A stretch of 64,000 nt of DNA from Desulfobacterales bacterium (GCA_963668645.2 CAXXWC010000019.1:288001-352000), one strand, 5' to 3'; counted from the stretch's first letter, positions 1 to 11,333 are shown. Translations and numbers: made by a program. Notes: generated from the sequence alone by a model not told the origin.

Positions 1-1
1 C

Positions 2-1420
2 AGCATCCACCAGAAGATGCACTCACAGAATCTGGCCTTCGAGGACATCTACGACATCATCGCCTTTCGCATCGTGCTGGCCAGCGTGCCCCAGTGCTAC
101 GAGGCCCTGGGGGTGATCCATTCGCTGTGGAAACCCATCGACATCAAGTTCAAGGACTACATCGCCCGGCCCAAGCCGAACATGTATCAGTCGCTGCATA
201 CAACGGTCATCGGCCCCCGGGGCTATCGCATCGAAATTCAGATCCGCACCGAGGAGATGGACGAGGTAGCACGCAGCGGCATCGCGGCCCACTGGAGCTA
301 TAAGGAGGGACAAAACAGCGATCTGAAAGTCAGCCAGCAGTTCGCCTGGATCCAGAACCTGATCGAAAACCAGGAAAACATCCAGGATCCCAAGGAGTTC
401 ATGGAAAACGTGCGCATCGACCTGTTTCCCGACGAGGTCTATGTGTTCACGCCCAACGGGGACATCCGCAGCCTGGCCCGGGGGGCCACACCGGTCGATT
501 TCGCCTACCTGATCCACACCGAAGTGGGCAACCACTGCTCCGGCGCCAAGGTCAACGGCCGCCTGGTGCCGCTGCAGACCGAACTGGAAACCGGCGACAT
601 GGTGGAAATCACCACCTCGCCCAAGGGCCATCCGAGCAAGGACTGGCTCGCCTTCGTCAAAACGGTCAAGGCCAAGGCGAAGATCCGCCAGTGGATCAAA
701 ATCCAGGAAAAGGAGCGCAGCCTCTCACTGGGCCGCGAAATGTGCGACAAGGCGTTTCGCAAGTACCGCCTGAGCTTCAGCAATCTTCTCAAGACGGCGG
801 AAATGGAAAAGGTGGTGGAGACCTTCGGTTTCAAGAATGCCGACGACCTGATCGCCAGCGTGGGCTACGGCAAGATCACCCCGCTTCAGGTGGTGCGCAA
901 ATTCCTGGTTAAACCGGATGCGGTCGAAACGGACGACTCACTGCTGAAAAAGCTCATCGGCGCCGTGCGCAAGCGCAAGCCCAAAACCGGGGTGACGGTC
1001 AAGGGAATGGACGACATCCTGGTCCGTTTCGGCAAATGCTGCCAACCGGTGCCAGGAGACGCCATCGTCGGCTATATCACCCGCGGATCAGGGGTAACGA
1101 TCCACCGCAGTGACTGTATCAATGCGCTCAAGCTCAGCTCGGATCGGTATATCGATGTGGAATGGAACGTGGAAATGGCCGATACCTATCCGGTCAAAAT
1201 CCGCGTCACCTCATTGGATCGGATGGGTCTGCTGGCAGATGTGGTGTCGAATTTCACCAAGCACGGGGCCAATATTCTCTCGGCCTGGACCGAAACCCGC
1301 AAGGATCACACGGTGGACAGCCTCTTTACCATCGGCGTCACCGACGCCGAGCATCTCAATCGGATCCTGGCCGATATCCGCAAGGTCAAGCTGGTTCAGG
1401 ATGTACGTCGAACCAAGTAA
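2..1420 (+). CDS. relA: RelA/SpoT (p)ppGpp synthetase/hydrolase, 5' end outside the window
   Basis: Synthetase motifs FKDYIARPKPNMYQSLHTTV and EIQIRT..GIAAHW; TGS domain (TPVDFAY.IHTEVG); CC.PVPGD; C-terminal ACT domain. Confidence 0.95.
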   Translation, partial: SIHQKMHSQNLAFEDIYDIIAFRIVLASVPQCYEALGVIHSLWKPIDIKFKDYIARPKPNMYQSLHTTVIGPRGYRIEIQIRTEEMDEVARSGIAAHWSYKEGQNSDLKVSQQFAWIQNLIENQENIQDPKEFMENVRIDLFPDEVYVFTPNGDIRSLARGATPVDFAYLIHTEVGNHCSGAKVNGRLVPLQTELETGDMVEITTSPKGHPSKDWLAFVKTVKAKAKIRQWIKIQEKERSLSLGREMCDKAFRKYRLSFSNLLKTAEMEKVVETFGFKNADDLIASVGYGKITPLQVVRKFLVKPDAVETDDSLLKKLIGAVRKRKPKTGVTVKGMDDILVRFGKCCQPVPGDAIVGYITRGSGVTIHRSDCINALKLSSDRYIDVEWNVEMADTYPVKIRVTSLDRMGLLADVVSNFTKHGANILSAWTETRKDHTVDSLFTIGVTDAEHLNRILADIRKVKLVQDVRRTK

Positions 1421-1449
1421 AATGGCGCGCACAGGTCCGCTCACCGACC

Positions 1450-1641
1450 TCAGGGCGCCTTGACGATCTGGCCGGCCTTGATGCAACGGGTGCATACGGT
1501 CAGCTTTTGAATACGACCGTCTTTGAGAACCCGCACATTTTGCAGGTTGGGATTGAAGCGGCGCTTGGTCTTGTTGTGGGCATGGCTCACGTTGTTGCCC
1601 ACCTGGGGATTTTTGCCGCAGATATCACATATTTTGGACAT
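1450..1641 (-). CDS. rpmB: 50S ribosomal protein L28
   Basis: [30 protein letters not shown] signature. Confidence 0.97.
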   Translation of the reverse strand: MSKICDICGKNPQVGNNVSHAHNKTKRRFNPNLQNVRVLKDGRIQKLTVCTRCIKAGQIVKAP

Positions 1642-1788
1642 GATCGATTCTCCACTTTATCTTTGTACAAAGGATTTCAACGCGCCGAATCAATGACCGG
1701 CCACGCTCAAGCGCGGTCTTGAGCAAAATGGGTTTGATAGCGCAAATCCTTCACGCTGTAAAGGAATTTTCGGCGGGTAGAGGAAGTC

Positions 1789-2460
1789 TCAGGGCTTGTC
1801 GGCTTCCTTTTTTTCAGCCATTGCGATGCGCGCTTCGCATTCGGCGATATGCTGCAGGGCCAAGTGATGGATCCCGACATCCGGGTATCCGTTAATCACG
1901 TTTTTAAATCGCTCCAGGGCCGCCTTGGGCCGCTCGGCCTTGTAGTAGTACATCCCCACGTAAAAATCGTGGCCGGCCAGACTTTTCCAGCAGTCCTTGA
2001 CGTGGGCCGCAGCCTTGCGGGCGTATTCGTCTTTGGAAAAGCGGTTGATCAATCGCGCGTAAACCTCCAGGGTCCGGATGGCAAAGGTCTGGTCCCGGTC
2101 CATGGTATCGAGCCGGTCAAAATAACAGCGGCCGATCTGGTAGATCACATAAGGGATGGCTTCGTTGCGTGGATGGAGGTTTTCGAAGCTTTCATAGGCC
2201 GCGATGGCCTCTTCATGATCCTTGAGACGGTAATGCGCGTCGGCGATTTTCAATTCGGCCAGAATGGCGAAGCGGCTGTAAGGGTACCAGTCCTTGAGCT
2301 TCTCGAAATGCTCGATGGCCGTTTTGTAATTGCCGAAATCGTAGGCGTCCATGCCTTCGGCCGCCAATTCGCTGGCCGAAAAGTCCTCGCGGGTTTCGAA
2401 CCAGGCGCAACCCGTCATCAGCAAAGCCGCCAGCACCAAGGCAACGATTCGCGATTGCAT
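1789..2460 (-). CDS. bamD: Outer membrane protein assembly lipoprotein BamD
   Basis: Lipobox LMTGC, TPR-like repeats, YPYS..A..AEL..ADAHY, RDQT motif. Confidence 0.9.
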   Translation of the reverse strand: MQSRIVALVLAALLMTGCAWFETREDFSASELAAEGMDAYDFGNYKTAIEHFEKLKDWYPYSRFAILAELKIADAHYRLKDHEEAIAAYESFENLHPRNEAIPYVIYQIGRCYFDRLDTMDRDQTFAIRTLEVYARLINRFSKDEYARKAAAHVKDCWKSLAGHDFYVGMYYYKAERPKAALERFKNVINGYPDVGIHHLALQHIAECEARIAMAEKKEADKP

Positions 2461-2521
2461 TATCAGTCCCGGATTTGCCCCGCCGGGATTCCGCGGTATC
2501 CCGTCAATCCCGGCCGAAGGC

Positions 2522-2848
2522 TCAGATTACGCGGTTGAGAGTCTCTTCGAGCCTCGATTTGGCCACCATGCCGGTGATCTGATCCACCACGGCGCCGTCT
2601 TTGAAAAAGATGAGGGTGGGAATGGCCTTGATGCCGAACTTTCCCGGGGTGATGGGGTTTTCGTCCACGTTGCACTTGGCGAACTTGATCCGATCCTCGA
2701 AGCTCTTGGCCAGATCCTCGATCACCGGCCCGATGGCCTTGCACGGCCCGCACCAGGGTGCCCAGAAATCGACCATCACCGGTTTTTCGGCTTTCATGAC
2801 TTCCGCTTCGAAGTTGCCGTCGCTGACTTCCACAATGTTGCCTGCCAT
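2522..2848 (-). CDS. trxA: Thioredoxin
   Basis: DFWAPWCGPCK active site; start placed at MAGNIVEV after an AAGGA RBS. Confidence 0.96.
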   Translation of the reverse strand: MAGNIVEVSDGNFEAEVMKAEKPVMVDFWAPWCGPCKAIGPVIEDLAKSFEDRIKFAKCNVDENPITPGKFGIKAIPTLIFFKDGAVVDQITGMVAKSRLEETLNRVI

Positions 2849-2918
2849 GGTTGCACTTCCTTTCTCGGTTTCTGAACACGGTACCCGAAGGGCGCCTGCC
2901 CATGCTTGCAATTTTGGC

Positions 2919-2947
2919 AATATAGTAATAGCCAGAAGGCTTGTCAA
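2919..2947 (-). promoter_or_regulatory. Sigma70-type promoter for trxA
   Basis: TTGACA-17 bp-TATATT on the minus strand. Confidence 0.7.
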
Positions 2948-3025
2948 TCATCACAACCTGGCAGGGCAGCAGCGCCGTCCCACCCGGCGGCCGCCCCGTC
3001 AACTTCGGCCAAGGAGGAACCGGCA

Positions 3026-3823
3026 ATGACCACTCGACTGCGCATCGGGGCTTTGATCTCCGGCGGCGGCACCAACCTGCAGGCCATCATCGACGCCTGC
3101 GCCACCGGCCAGGTAGACGGGCAAATCGTTTTCGTGGGCACGGACAACCCGCAGGCCAAGGGCCTGGATCGCGCCCGCAAGGCGGACATTACCACCTTCG
3201 TGGTCGATTACGGCCGGATCCTGCGGCGCTGCCGGGAAAATCCGGACGCCGAGCCCTTGCCGGCCGGGGTGGACCTGGACGAGCTGGCCCGACGCCAGCA
3301 GCTGCATGCTGCCGATGGCGACCCCCGGCGGCTGCACCGCTTCTTGCACGGCCGGGTGCAGGCCGAGGCGGCCCTGCTTGCCGCCATGGCGCCCTACCCC
3401 TTCGATCTTCTGGTCCTGGCCGGATTCATGCGCAACCTGACCCCCTATTTCATCGACCGCATCAATACCGAACCGGGCCGGCCGCGAATCATGAACATCC
3501 ACCCGGCCCTGCTGCCAGCCTTTCCCGGCACCGACGGATACGGCGACACCTTCCGCTACGGGTGCAAGGTGGGCGGCTGCACGGTCCATTTTATCGACTA
3601 CGGCGAAGACAGCGGCCCGATCATCGGCCAGCGGGCTTTGGCCATCGGTCCCGACGACGACCTGGAAACCGTCCGGCGCAACGGCCTGGCGCAGGAATGG
3701 CAGCTTTATCCGGAATGTATCCAGCTCTTTGCCGAAGGACGGTTGCGGGTGGTGGAAAAAACCCACACCCTGGACAACGGGGTGCCCTATCGGCGTTCGG
3801 TGGTGGAGATCCAGGACAGGTAG
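3026..3823 (+). CDS. purN: Phosphoribosylglycinamide formyltransferase with an internal insertion
   Basis: LISGGGTNLQAI, LAGFMR, NIHPALLP.FPG, GCTVHF..D.GPII; AGGAGG RBS before ATG 3026. Confidence 0.92.
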   Translation: MTTRLRIGALISGGGTNLQAIIDACATGQVDGQIVFVGTDNPQAKGLDRARKADITTFVVDYGRILRRCRENPDAEPLPAGVDLDELARRQQLHAADGDPRRLHRFLHGRVQAEAALLAAMAPYPFDLLVLAGFMRNLTPYFIDRINTEPGRPRIMNIHPALLPAFPGTDGYGDTFRYGCKVGGCTVHFIDYGEDSGPIIGQRALAIGPDDDLETVRRNGLAQEWQLYPECIQLFAEGRLRVVEKTHTLDNGVPYRRSVVEIQDR

Positions 3824-3848
3824 GTAAGGCGGGTGGATGGCAGCGTTG

Positions 3849-5051
3849 CTACATCAACCGGACCATCATCGGCAGGGCCACAAAGGTGCCGATGCTGCTG
3901 CCGATGTTGGTGAACACCACCACCAGCAGGATCCGGGTGACCTTGTTGCGCCAGAATCCGCGTATCGAGAGGATATCCTGGGCCAGGTTCTCGAAGTCGA
4001 TGACCCGCGGCCGGCGCGAAAAGGCTTCTACCAGGCCTGAAACCCAACCGGCGGCGATCATGGGGTTGAGGCTGGTCAGGGGTGCGGCGGCCATGGACGA
4101 GACGATGGTCAGTGGGTGGGCCAGGGCCGCCAGTGCCCCCAGGCCGGCCAGAATGGCGTTGGCGGCGATCCACAGGGTGACCATTTCCGTGCCGGTATGC
4201 ACCCCACTGCTGGCGAACCCGTAGATCATCAGGGCGAGGATGGCCAGCGGCAGCCCCCACTTGACGGCCCGCGACCAGCGGCCCGTGGCGGGCATCCGCT
4301 CCAGGGCGGCCATGTCCACGTCCTGGTCCCAGTAGCGCCGAATCCCGGCCACATGACCGGCGCCGACCACCGCTACGATCTTGCGGCCCGGAGCGGAGCG
4401 GATCTTCTCGCACAGGTAGCGGTCCCGCTCGTCGATGAGGGTTTGGCGCACCTCGGGCATGCTCTGTCCCAATTCGGCCATCACCGATTCGAGCACATCC
4501 TGCTGTTTTAGCCGTTCGACCTCTTCTTCGCTGATACGCTCGGCCTCATCCATGGAAAGCAGAAGCTGGGGAATCAGTTTGAGTTTGGTCCAGAACCCCA
4601 TGGCGGCCCAGGTACGCGCCAGGGTGGTGCGAATATCCCGGTCGGCCAGATGAACGGTGGCCCCGATCTCCTCGGCCACGGCTACGGCCTGGAGCATCTC
4701 CTCGCCCGGGCGGATCTCCAGGCGGCTGGCGATGCGCCGCTGAAAGGCGGCCAAGAGCAGGTTGGCCAGCAGCAAAAAGGCCTTTTTCTCCCGGATCACC
4801 TTGATGATGTCCATGTTCTGCCACTGGTCTTTTTGGCGCAGGCTCTGGTAGCGCGAGAGGCAAAGCTCCACGCAAACCGTATCGGGCTGCTCGGTTTCGA
4901 TGGTGCGGCGCACCAGTTCGGCGCTCTCGCGCGAAACGTGGGCCGTACCCACCAGGACGACCTGCTTGTCCAGATGGCTCAAATGGTAAACGGGCGGCGC
5001 GGTGGCCGCTGGCGGCGTCCCATTGGTTTGCTGGCAGTTCATTGAATCCAT
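3849..5051 (-). CDS. TraB/GumN (PrgY-like) family protein with C-terminal TM helices
   Basis: LVGTAHVS..S, PDTVCVELC, PGEEM, DERD, AVVGAGH motifs. Confidence 0.88.
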   Translation of the reverse strand: MDSMNCQQTNGTPPAATAPPVYHLSHLDKQVVLVGTAHVSRESAELVRRTIETEQPDTVCVELCLSRYQSLRQKDQWQNMDIIKVIREKKAFLLLANLLLAAFQRRIASRLEIRPGEEMLQAVAVAEEIGATVHLADRDIRTTLARTWAAMGFWTKLKLIPQLLLSMDEAERISEEEVERLKQQDVLESVMAELGQSMPEVRQTLIDERDRYLCEKIRSAPGRKIVAVVGAGHVAGIRRYWDQDVDMAALERMPATGRWSRAVKWGLPLAILALMIYGFASSGVHTGTEMVTLWIAANAILAGLGALAALAHPLTIVSSMAAAPLTSLNPMIAAGWVSGLVEAFSRRPRVIDFENLAQDILSIRGFWRNKVTRILLVVVFTNIGSSIGTFVALPMMVRLM

Positions 5052-5262
5052 CGCGTTTGGCCGGCCGAGGCGTGATATTCTGTCACCGGCAGGTTCATGC
5101 CACCGCACGGCCGCGGCGACCATCGCGCGGTACTGCGGATATTATTTGATATTAAGATCGAAGTGCGGCCCGGTCAACGGCGCTCACCGGACCTCGTCGT
5201 CTTTCCAACCCGGCCTGTCCATTCGGGTTTTGCCGGGAATCGTTGCCTCGAAAGGTTCCGCA

Positions 5263-5291
5263 TTGACAGGCCGGGCCTGGAAAACTAAGCT
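5263..5291 (+). promoter_or_regulatory. Sigma70-type promoter upstream of the cbbQ/norQ-like gene
   Basis: TTGACA-17 bp-TAAGCT. Confidence 0.6.
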
Positions 5292-5397
5292 GAGCGCCCG
5301 TATCTTTTGAAAAGTTTCAACCATGGAGGGGCCGTTCCTTCCATCATCCAACCGGTATACCGACGACCTTGCCAAGTGTCGGGGAGACGTTTTTGAC

Positions 5398-6213
5398 ATG
5401 AACGCTTCAATTGACCCGGAAACCGAACCCTACCTGATCCAGGAGGAACCCTTCTACCTCGAATGCGCCGGTGAGGTGCGCCTTTTCCAAGCCGCATGGG
5501 CGGCCCGCTTGCCGGTGATCCTCAAGGGGCCCACCGGCTGTGGCAAAACGCGCTTCGTCCAGCACATGGCCTGGCGCCTGGGCCGCCCCCTGGTGACCGT
5601 GGCCTGCCACGAAGATCTTTTCGCCTCGGACCTGATCGGCCGCTACCTGCTCAATGACGGCCAGACCGTCTGGACCGACGGCCCCCTGGCAAGGGCGGTG
5701 CGCATGGGCGCCATCTGCTACCTCGACGAGGTGGTCGAGGCCCGCAAGGACACCACCGTGGTCATCCACCCGCTGACCGACGACCGGCGCCTGCTGAGCA
5801 TCGACAAGAAGGGCGAAATCCTGGCGGCCCACCCGGATTTCATGATGGTCATCTCGTACAACCCCGGTTACCAGTCGGTGCTCAAGGACCTTAAACAAAG
5901 CACCCGCCAGCGCTTCGCGGCCCTGAACTTCGACTACCCGGCCCCGGAGCACGAAGCCCTGATCGTGGCGCGCGAGGCCGGCGTCGGATCCGATTTGGCC
6001 CGGCAGTTGGTCCACCTGGCCGGGAGGATCCGCAACATCCGCGAGCAGGGCCTGGCCGAAGGCGCCAGCACCCGCTTGCTGATCTATGCCGGCCGCCTCA
6101 TGGCCGGGGGGATCGAGCCGGTCGAGGCCTGCCGCATGGCCATGGCGCGCCCGCTCACCGACGATGACCGGCTACTGGAAACCCTGGATGATCTGATCGC
6201 CGATGCCTTCTGA
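5398..6213 (+). CDS. CbbQ/NirQ/NorQ family MoxR-type AAA+ ATPase
   Basis: [63 protein letters not shown]. Confidence 0.93.
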   Translation: MNASIDPETEPYLIQEEPFYLECAGEVRLFQAAWAARLPVILKGPTGCGKTRFVQHMAWRLGRPLVTVACHEDLFASDLIGRYLLNDGQTVWTDGPLARAVRMGAICYLDEVVEARKDTTVVIHPLTDDRRLLSIDKKGEILAAHPDFMMVISYNPGYQSVLKDLKQSTRQRFAALNFDYPAPEHEALIVAREAGVGSDLARQLVHLAGRIRNIREQGLAEGASTRLLIYAGRLMAGGIEPVEACRMAMARPLTDDDRLLETLDDLIADAF

Positions 6214-8944
6214 ACCCCATGCGGCCCCCGGCCCGGGCATTCCGCCCTTCGCCCCGCCGGAGGAACCGCTGGCGCGCCTGGCGCGCTTCGACCCGGATCT
6301 GGCGGCCCTGGTTGCCCGACATCTGGCCCCGGGATCCCGGGCCCCGCAGCCGGCCGGCCTGGAACGTCTGGTCGAGGAAATCATGTGGGCCGCCACCGTT
6401 TCGTTGCCCCTGGCCCGGGCCCTCGCCGCCGGCGGCGGCGAACTGCTGGTTCGCGCTGACGCAGACCGGATCGCCGTCTACTGGCCCGAGGTGCGCCGCG
6501 CCGCGGCCCACGGGCCGGAGCTCGGCCAGATCATGGCCGCGGCCCTGGCGCCGGTGCTCTGCTTCGGACCGCCGCCCGGAACAGCCCGGTTTCTGGCGGC
6601 CGTGGCCGTGCTGCGCGCCAAGGGCACCTATACCCTCAAAAGGCCCCTGCAATCCCTGGAACAGCTGCTGCGCGAACAGGACCTGGAGGCGGCCCGCGCC
6701 TTCGTGGATCTTATCCGGGACGCCTTTGACCAGCCCCTGACCTACAACCAGAGCCTCCACCTGACCCACAGCCTGCCCAAGGTGGCCTTGAACCTCAAAC
6801 CGCCACGCCGCGCCTTTCAACTCGACCAGATCCGGCGCATCGCGGTGCAGGACCCGGCCCTGGTGGACGAATTCATCGACGGCTTGGCCGCCGGGCTCGA
6901 AATTCTGGATGCAAAGGCCCTGGCCTGTTTCGTGGACGAAGCCCTGGCCTGCTGCCAGCGGCAGCACCATTTCGGCCGGCGCATGCTCGCTTTGCGGACC
7001 ATAGCGGCCCGCCATCGCTTTCACAGCCTGCAACAGGCCGTCTCCCTGGCCGAGGTCCGCCCGGCCCTGGGCCGCTATCTGGCCGCCCGCCTAGGCCGCC
7101 ACCTGCCCGTCCGCCCCCTGACCGAACTGGGGGCCGCCCGGCAAGTATCCACCGCAAAAGAGCCGGCGGTGTGCAGCGACGGCACCAGGCTCTATCTGCC
7201 CCCCGAACTGGACGCCGGCGCAGGCCGCGCGGCCAACATCGATCTGTACAAGCTGCTCGTGCGCCTGGAGGCCGGCTATTACGAACATGGGACCCTGGAC
7301 TTCGATCTCGAGCGGATGAGTGGTGCGCCGCCTGCGATCCATGACGAGCCGGACGATCTTTGCGATCTGGAGCGTCTTTTCGGGCGCTTTGAAATCCCGC
7401 AACTGGCCCAGGATCTTTTCACCATCGCCGAGCACGGGCGGTTGATGCGCACTTGGCGGCGCGACGCGCCGGGATTGTGGCGCCTTTTGAAAAGCCGGCT
7501 AACGCGGCCGGATGCGGACTGCGAGCCCGGCCGGCCTTCGATCCTTTGGCGCCTTTATCAGGGCATCGTGCTGGGGCGAATCGAAGCGTGCGCTTCGCCC
7601 GACGGTCCATCCCTGGAGCATCTTTTGACGGCCTTCGAGGGGCAAATGGCAGCCGACCCCTCGGTGGAGGGTACCGCCGGCTGGACCATAACGGCCTATT
7701 CTGCTCTTGCCTCGACCGGCGAGCCGCCCTGGGACGCCGAGCCGCTGTGCCCCCCTTTTGGATGGCGCGTGCCGGCCGCACTTTTCGGCCAGGCCCAGCG
7801 AACCATCCTGCGCCGGGCCGCCACACTGAAACGCGATCTTGCCGCACATGGGGCCCAGATTTACCGCAGCGCCCTGGTCCGCGAATTGATACGCAGCCAG
7901 GGCCGGCTTGAAAGCGACCAGGTGGCCACCCTGCTGCGGCAAAAGGCCGATCGCCGGCCAGGCACCCCGGCGGCGGTACTCGATCCGCAGACCCTGCGGC
8001 GCTTGCTGGAAACCGCGACGCTTGCAAGCCCGGCCCCGGTTTGCGACGGCACTCCCGCCGCCTGGTACCCGGAATGGGACCAGGCCGCCGGCGGATACCT
8101 GGCCGACCATGTCCGGGTGGCGGACCGCCCGGTGGCACCGGGCGATCCGGCCTTTTATCCGTCGGTGCTCACCGCCCGGCCGGGCCTCGTGGTCCGGTTG
8201 CGGCGAACCTTCGAGTGGCTGCGCCCCCAGGGCATCGGGATCCTGCGCCAGTGGATCGAAGGCGATGAGTTCGACTACCGGGCGCTGATCGATTACGCCG
8301 TGGACCGGCAAGCCGGTGTGACGCCCTCGGAAAGGCTCTACATCAAACGGGTCAAACGGGTTCGCGACGTGGCGGTTCTGCTCCTGGTCGATCTTTCGCG
8401 CAGCACCGGCAACCTGGTGGCCGGCCGCCGCCAGCGGGTGGTGGATGTGGAAAAGGAAGCCCTTGTGCTCTTTTGCGAGGCTCTGGGGGTGGTGGGAGAC
8501 CGTTTCGCCCTGGCCGGCTTTTCGGGCAGTGGGCGGCTCGGGGTCGAATACCTGCGGATCAAAGATTTCGATGCCCCCGTGGATGGTGCGGTCAAAGAGC
8601 GCATCGCGGCCGTGGCGCCGCGGCGGGCCACCCGCATGGGGGCCGCCATCCGCCACGCCGTGATGCAACTGGCGGCCCAACCGGCCCGTGTAAGGCTGCT
8701 GCTCATTTTGGGGGATGGATTTCCCAACGACATCGACTACAAGGCGGACCATGCCGTGGCCGATACCCGCCAGGCGATGGGCGAGGCCCGGGCCCGGGGC
8801 ATCTATACCCATGCCATCACGGTCAATCTGCCCCAGGACGCCCGCCTGGACGATCTGTACGGCCCGCTGCGCCACACCGTGATCGGGGATGTGACCGAGC
8901 TGCCCGGCAAACTGCTTGGCATCTACGGGCGTCTGACCCGCTAG
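6203..8944 (+). CDS. CbbO/NorD-like VWA adaptor protein with a long N-terminal extension
   Basis: YPEWD motif, C-terminal VWA with [29 protein letters not shown]; overlaps the ATPase stop codon. Confidence 0.85.
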   Translation: MPSEPHAAPGPGIPPFAPPEEPLARLARFDPDLAALVARHLAPGSRAPQPAGLERLVEEIMWAATVSLPLARALAAGGGELLVRADADRIAVYWPEVRRAAAHGPELGQIMAAALAPVLCFGPPPGTARFLAAVAVLRAKGTYTLKRPLQSLEQLLREQDLEAARAFVDLIRDAFDQPLTYNQSLHLTHSLPKVALNLKPPRRAFQLDQIRRIAVQDPALVDEFIDGLAAGLEILDAKALACFVDEALACCQRQHHFGRRMLALRTIAARHRFHSLQQAVSLAEVRPALGRYLAARLGRHLPVRPLTELGAARQVSTAKEPAVCSDGTRLYLPPELDAGAGRAANIDLYKLLVRLEAGYYEHGTLDFDLERMSGAPPAIHDEPDDLCDLERLFGRFEIPQLAQDLFTIAEHGRLMRTWRRDAPGLWRLLKSRLTRPDADCEPGRPSILWRLYQGIVLGRIEACASPDGPSLEHLLTAFEGQMAADPSVEGTAGWTITAYSALASTGEPPWDAEPLCPPFGWRVPAALFGQAQRTILRRAATLKRDLAAHGAQIYRSALVRELIRSQGRLESDQVATLLRQKADRRPGTPAAVLDPQTLRRLLETATLASPAPVCDGTPAAWYPEWDQAAGGYLADHVRVADRPVAPGDPAFYPSVLTARPGLVVRLRRTFEWLRPQGIGILRQWIEGDEFDYRALIDYAVDRQAGVTPSERLYIKRVKRVRDVAVLLLVDLSRSTGNLVAGRRQRVVDVEKEALVLFCEALGVVGDRFALAGFSGSGRLGVEYLRIKDFDAPVDGAVKERIAAVAPRRATRMGAAIRHAVMQLAAQPARVRLLLILGDGFPNDIDYKADHAVADTRQAMGEARARGIYTHAITVNLPQDARLDDLYGPLRHTVIGDVTELPGKLLGIYGRLTR

Positions 8945-9014
8945 CCCGCCGGCCCTGGGAGGCCTGTGGGAATTTGAGCTTTCAAATTTCAGATGCTTCG
9001 GGAGGGAGCCGTCG

Positions 9015-9476
9015 ATGAGCGCCGAAACATTGATTCACGATGCCGTCTACCGCTGGCCCGGCTGGGGCGGGCGGATGCAGCTGGGCAGCGGCCGCTGCCG
9101 CCTGCGCATCTTCGACCTGCGGCGCGGGCCGGCAAATGGGCTGTGCCACCTCAAACCGATCATCGCGGTGGTTTCCGACCTGCCCAAAAAACGGCTCAAC
9201 GACATGTCGGTGCGCAGCTGCACCGGGCATATCGCCACCTGCGTGGCCCGGGATTTTGCCATCGATCCCCAGCGCATGCTCTGGATCGAATATTACCCCG
9301 AACGTCACTACGGAACACACCGGGAGCGGACCGTGGCCCAAAGCCTGGTGGCGGTCGATCTGACCTGGCACCAGGACCTGGCCATCGAGCCGCGCTGGCG
9401 GCCTCTTCAACCGCCGTTGAGCGATGCGGTTCTCGAAATGCTCAAGACCACCCCGGAGGAAATCGAAGAGGCCTGA
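9015..9476 (+). CDS. Hypothetical protein
   Basis: 153-aa ORF with GGAG RBS and host-like codon usage; no motif recognised. Confidence 0.65.
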   Translation: MSAETLIHDAVYRWPGWGGRMQLGSGRCRLRIFDLRRGPANGLCHLKPIIAVVSDLPKKRLNDMSVRSCTGHIATCVARDFAIDPQRMLWIEYYPERHYGTHRERTVAQSLVAVDLTWHQDLAIEPRWRPLQPPLSDAVLEMLKTTPEEIEEA

Positions 9477-9487
9477 AGAAAGGTCGA

Positions 9488-9519
9488 AACAAAACCGGCC
9501 CCTTTCCAGGAGCCGGTTT
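9488..9519 (-). terminator. Intrinsic terminator after proX, possibly bidirectional
   Basis: AAACCGGCTCCT-GGAA-AGGGGCCGGTTT followed by T-rich tail on the minus strand. Confidence 0.6.
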
Positions 9520-9551
9520 CCTTCCTGCTTGCGATCGGCGATCGCGGTGGC

Positions 9552-10406
9552 CTATTTGGCGATCCAGGCCTCGACCTTCTTGGGGTTTTCCTTGACCCAG
9601 CGTTTAGCCGATTCGTAGGGATCGGCGCCCTCGGCGTTCCAGCCCTGAACCTGGCCGATCTCGGCCAGGGTCCAGTGAAAGTTGTCCAGCACCTTGTAGA
9701 CCTCGGGCATGTCTTCCTTGAGGCCCTTGCGCACGATGGTGGCGATGTACTCGCTGCCGCCATAGATCCCCTTGGGATCCTTGAGGTACTTGAGCGACCA
9801 GCGGGCGAACTTCCAGTGGGGCGTCCAGCCGGTGACCACCACCCACTGCTTGTTCTTGATCTTGTCGCCCAGGGTGGCGGTCATCATGGCGCCCGAGCTT
9901 TCCACCAGTTCCATCTTGTCCATGCCGTAGGCTTTGATGGCGTCTTCGGTCTTGCTCATGATCCCGGCGCCCGGATCAATGCCGATGATCTTGCCGTCGA
10001 ACTTGGCGGCATTGGCATTGAGCTGGTCGATGCCCTCGATGGTCACGTAGGTGGGTACCACCAGCCCGATGCCGGCCCCGGCGCAGTTCTCACCGAGATT
10101 GACCACCTTGTCTTTGACCTTTTCCAGATAATGGCCGTGGGTGACGGGCAGCCAGGCGGTGGTCATGCCGTCCACATCGCCCGTGGCCAGGGCCTGCCAC
10201 ATGGCCGCGGCGCTTACCGGGGTAATCTCCACGTCGTAGCCGAGCTTTTCCTGCAGCACGGCCTTGACCACGTTGGTGCTGGCCGTGGCGCAAGACCACT
10301 CGACGTAGACCAACTCGACCTTCCCCTTGCCCGCCATGGCCGCCGGTGCGCCGATCAGAACGATCAGAACCGAAAGTGCTAAAATGAGTGAGAGTGACTT
10401 CTTCAA
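9552..10406 (-). CDS. proX: Glycine betaine/proline betaine ABC transporter substrate-binding protein (ProX/OpuAC)
   Basis: Signal peptide, WLP.THG.Y, GIDPGAGIM, VTGWTPHWKF aromatic-cage motifs. Confidence 0.9.
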   Translation of the reverse strand: MKKSLSLILALSVLIVLIGAPAAMAGKGKVELVYVEWSCATASTNVVKAVLQEKLGYDVEITPVSAAAMWQALATGDVDGMTTAWLPVTHGHYLEKVKDKVVNLGENCAGAGIGLVVPTYVTIEGIDQLNANAAKFDGKIIGIDPGAGIMSKTEDAIKAYGMDKMELVESSGAMMTATLGDKIKNKQWVVVTGWTPHWKFARWSLKYLKDPKGIYGGSEYIATIVRKGLKEDMPEVYKVLDNFHWTLAEIGQVQGWNAEGADPYESAKRWVKENPKKVEAWIAK

Positions 10407-10484
10407 AACGACCTCCTTGAGATTTGGGTTGGTAAAAAGTCCTTTCGAACGCTGTTGTTTTTCAACAGCATATAAACTCGCCTT

Positions 10485-11333
10485 TCACCCCTTTGTTATC
10501 TTGGCCTTGCCGCCCACCCGCTGCATGATGCGGTCCAGGATGATGGCCACGATCACGATACCGATCCCGGCCTCGAAGCCTTGACCGGGCTGCAACCGCT
10601 GGATGGCCTTCCATACTTCGCCGCCCAGCCCCTTGGCGCCGATCATGGCCGCAATGACCACCATGGAAAGGGCCAGCATGATGGTCTGGTTGATCCCGGC
10701 CATGATGGTGGGCATGGCCAGGGGGAGCTGAAGCTTGAAAAGCTTTTGGCGTCGGTCGCAACCGAAGGCATCGGCCGCCTCGATCAATTCCCAGGGCACC
10801 TGGCGGATCCCGAGACCGGTGAGCCGGATGGCCGGCGGGACGGAGAAAATCACCGTCGAAAAGATCGCCGCCACGGGCCCCAAACCGAAGAAGGGGATGG
10901 CCGGAATCAGGTAAACGAAGGCCGGCATGGTTTGCATGAAATCGAGCACCGGTGTGATGATGCGGTTGACCGGCTCGCTCAGGGCCGCCAGGATGCCCAG
11001 CGGCAATCCGATCAGAACGGCAAAGAAGGTGGCGATCAGCACCAGGGCCAAAGTGCTCACCGTGGGGGCCCAGAGCCCCAGGTTCCAAATCAGTCCCAGT
11101 CCCAGCAAGGCAAAGAGCGCAATCCCGCGCCGGCGGCTCAAAAACCAGGCCAGGCCGGTCAGAAACAGGATCATAAGCCAGGCCGGGAAAAACATCATGC
11201 CGTCCACCAACAGGCGGATGCCGTGCTCGGTCAGACCGGAAAAGGCCCGGGTGGCAAATGAAAAGTGATTGACGAAAAAATCAATCAGCACCTCAATCCC
11301 ATTGCCGATGGGAATCTTGTAAGGATTCATCAA
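10485..11333 (-). CDS. proW: Glycine betaine ABC transporter permease (ProW/OpuAB)
   Basis: PVLDFMQTMPAFVYLIP, EAA..FG loop, MAGINQTIMLALSMVVIA. Confidence 0.93.
   Translation of the reverse strand: MMNPYKIPIGNGIEVLIDFFVNHFSFATRAFSGLTEHGIRLLVDGMMFFPAWLMILFLTGLAWFLSRRRGIALFALLGLGLIWNLGLWAPTVSTLALVLIATFFAVLIGLPLGILAALSEPVNRIITPVLDFMQTMPAFVYLIPAIPFFGLGPVAAIFSTVIFSVPPAIRLTGLGIRQVPWELIEAADAFGCDRRQKLFKLQLPLAMPTIMAGINQTIMLALSMVVIAAMIGAKGLGGEVWKAIQRLQPGQGFEAGIGIVIVAIILDRIMQRVGGKAKITKG

Noticed and set aside
3849..5051. TraB-family gene as a sign of a conjugative element
   Set aside because: This family is a common chromosomal protein, and no transfer genes are nearby.
5398..8944. Calvin cycle or denitrification locus
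   Set aside because: No Rubisco or norBC genes are present in the window.
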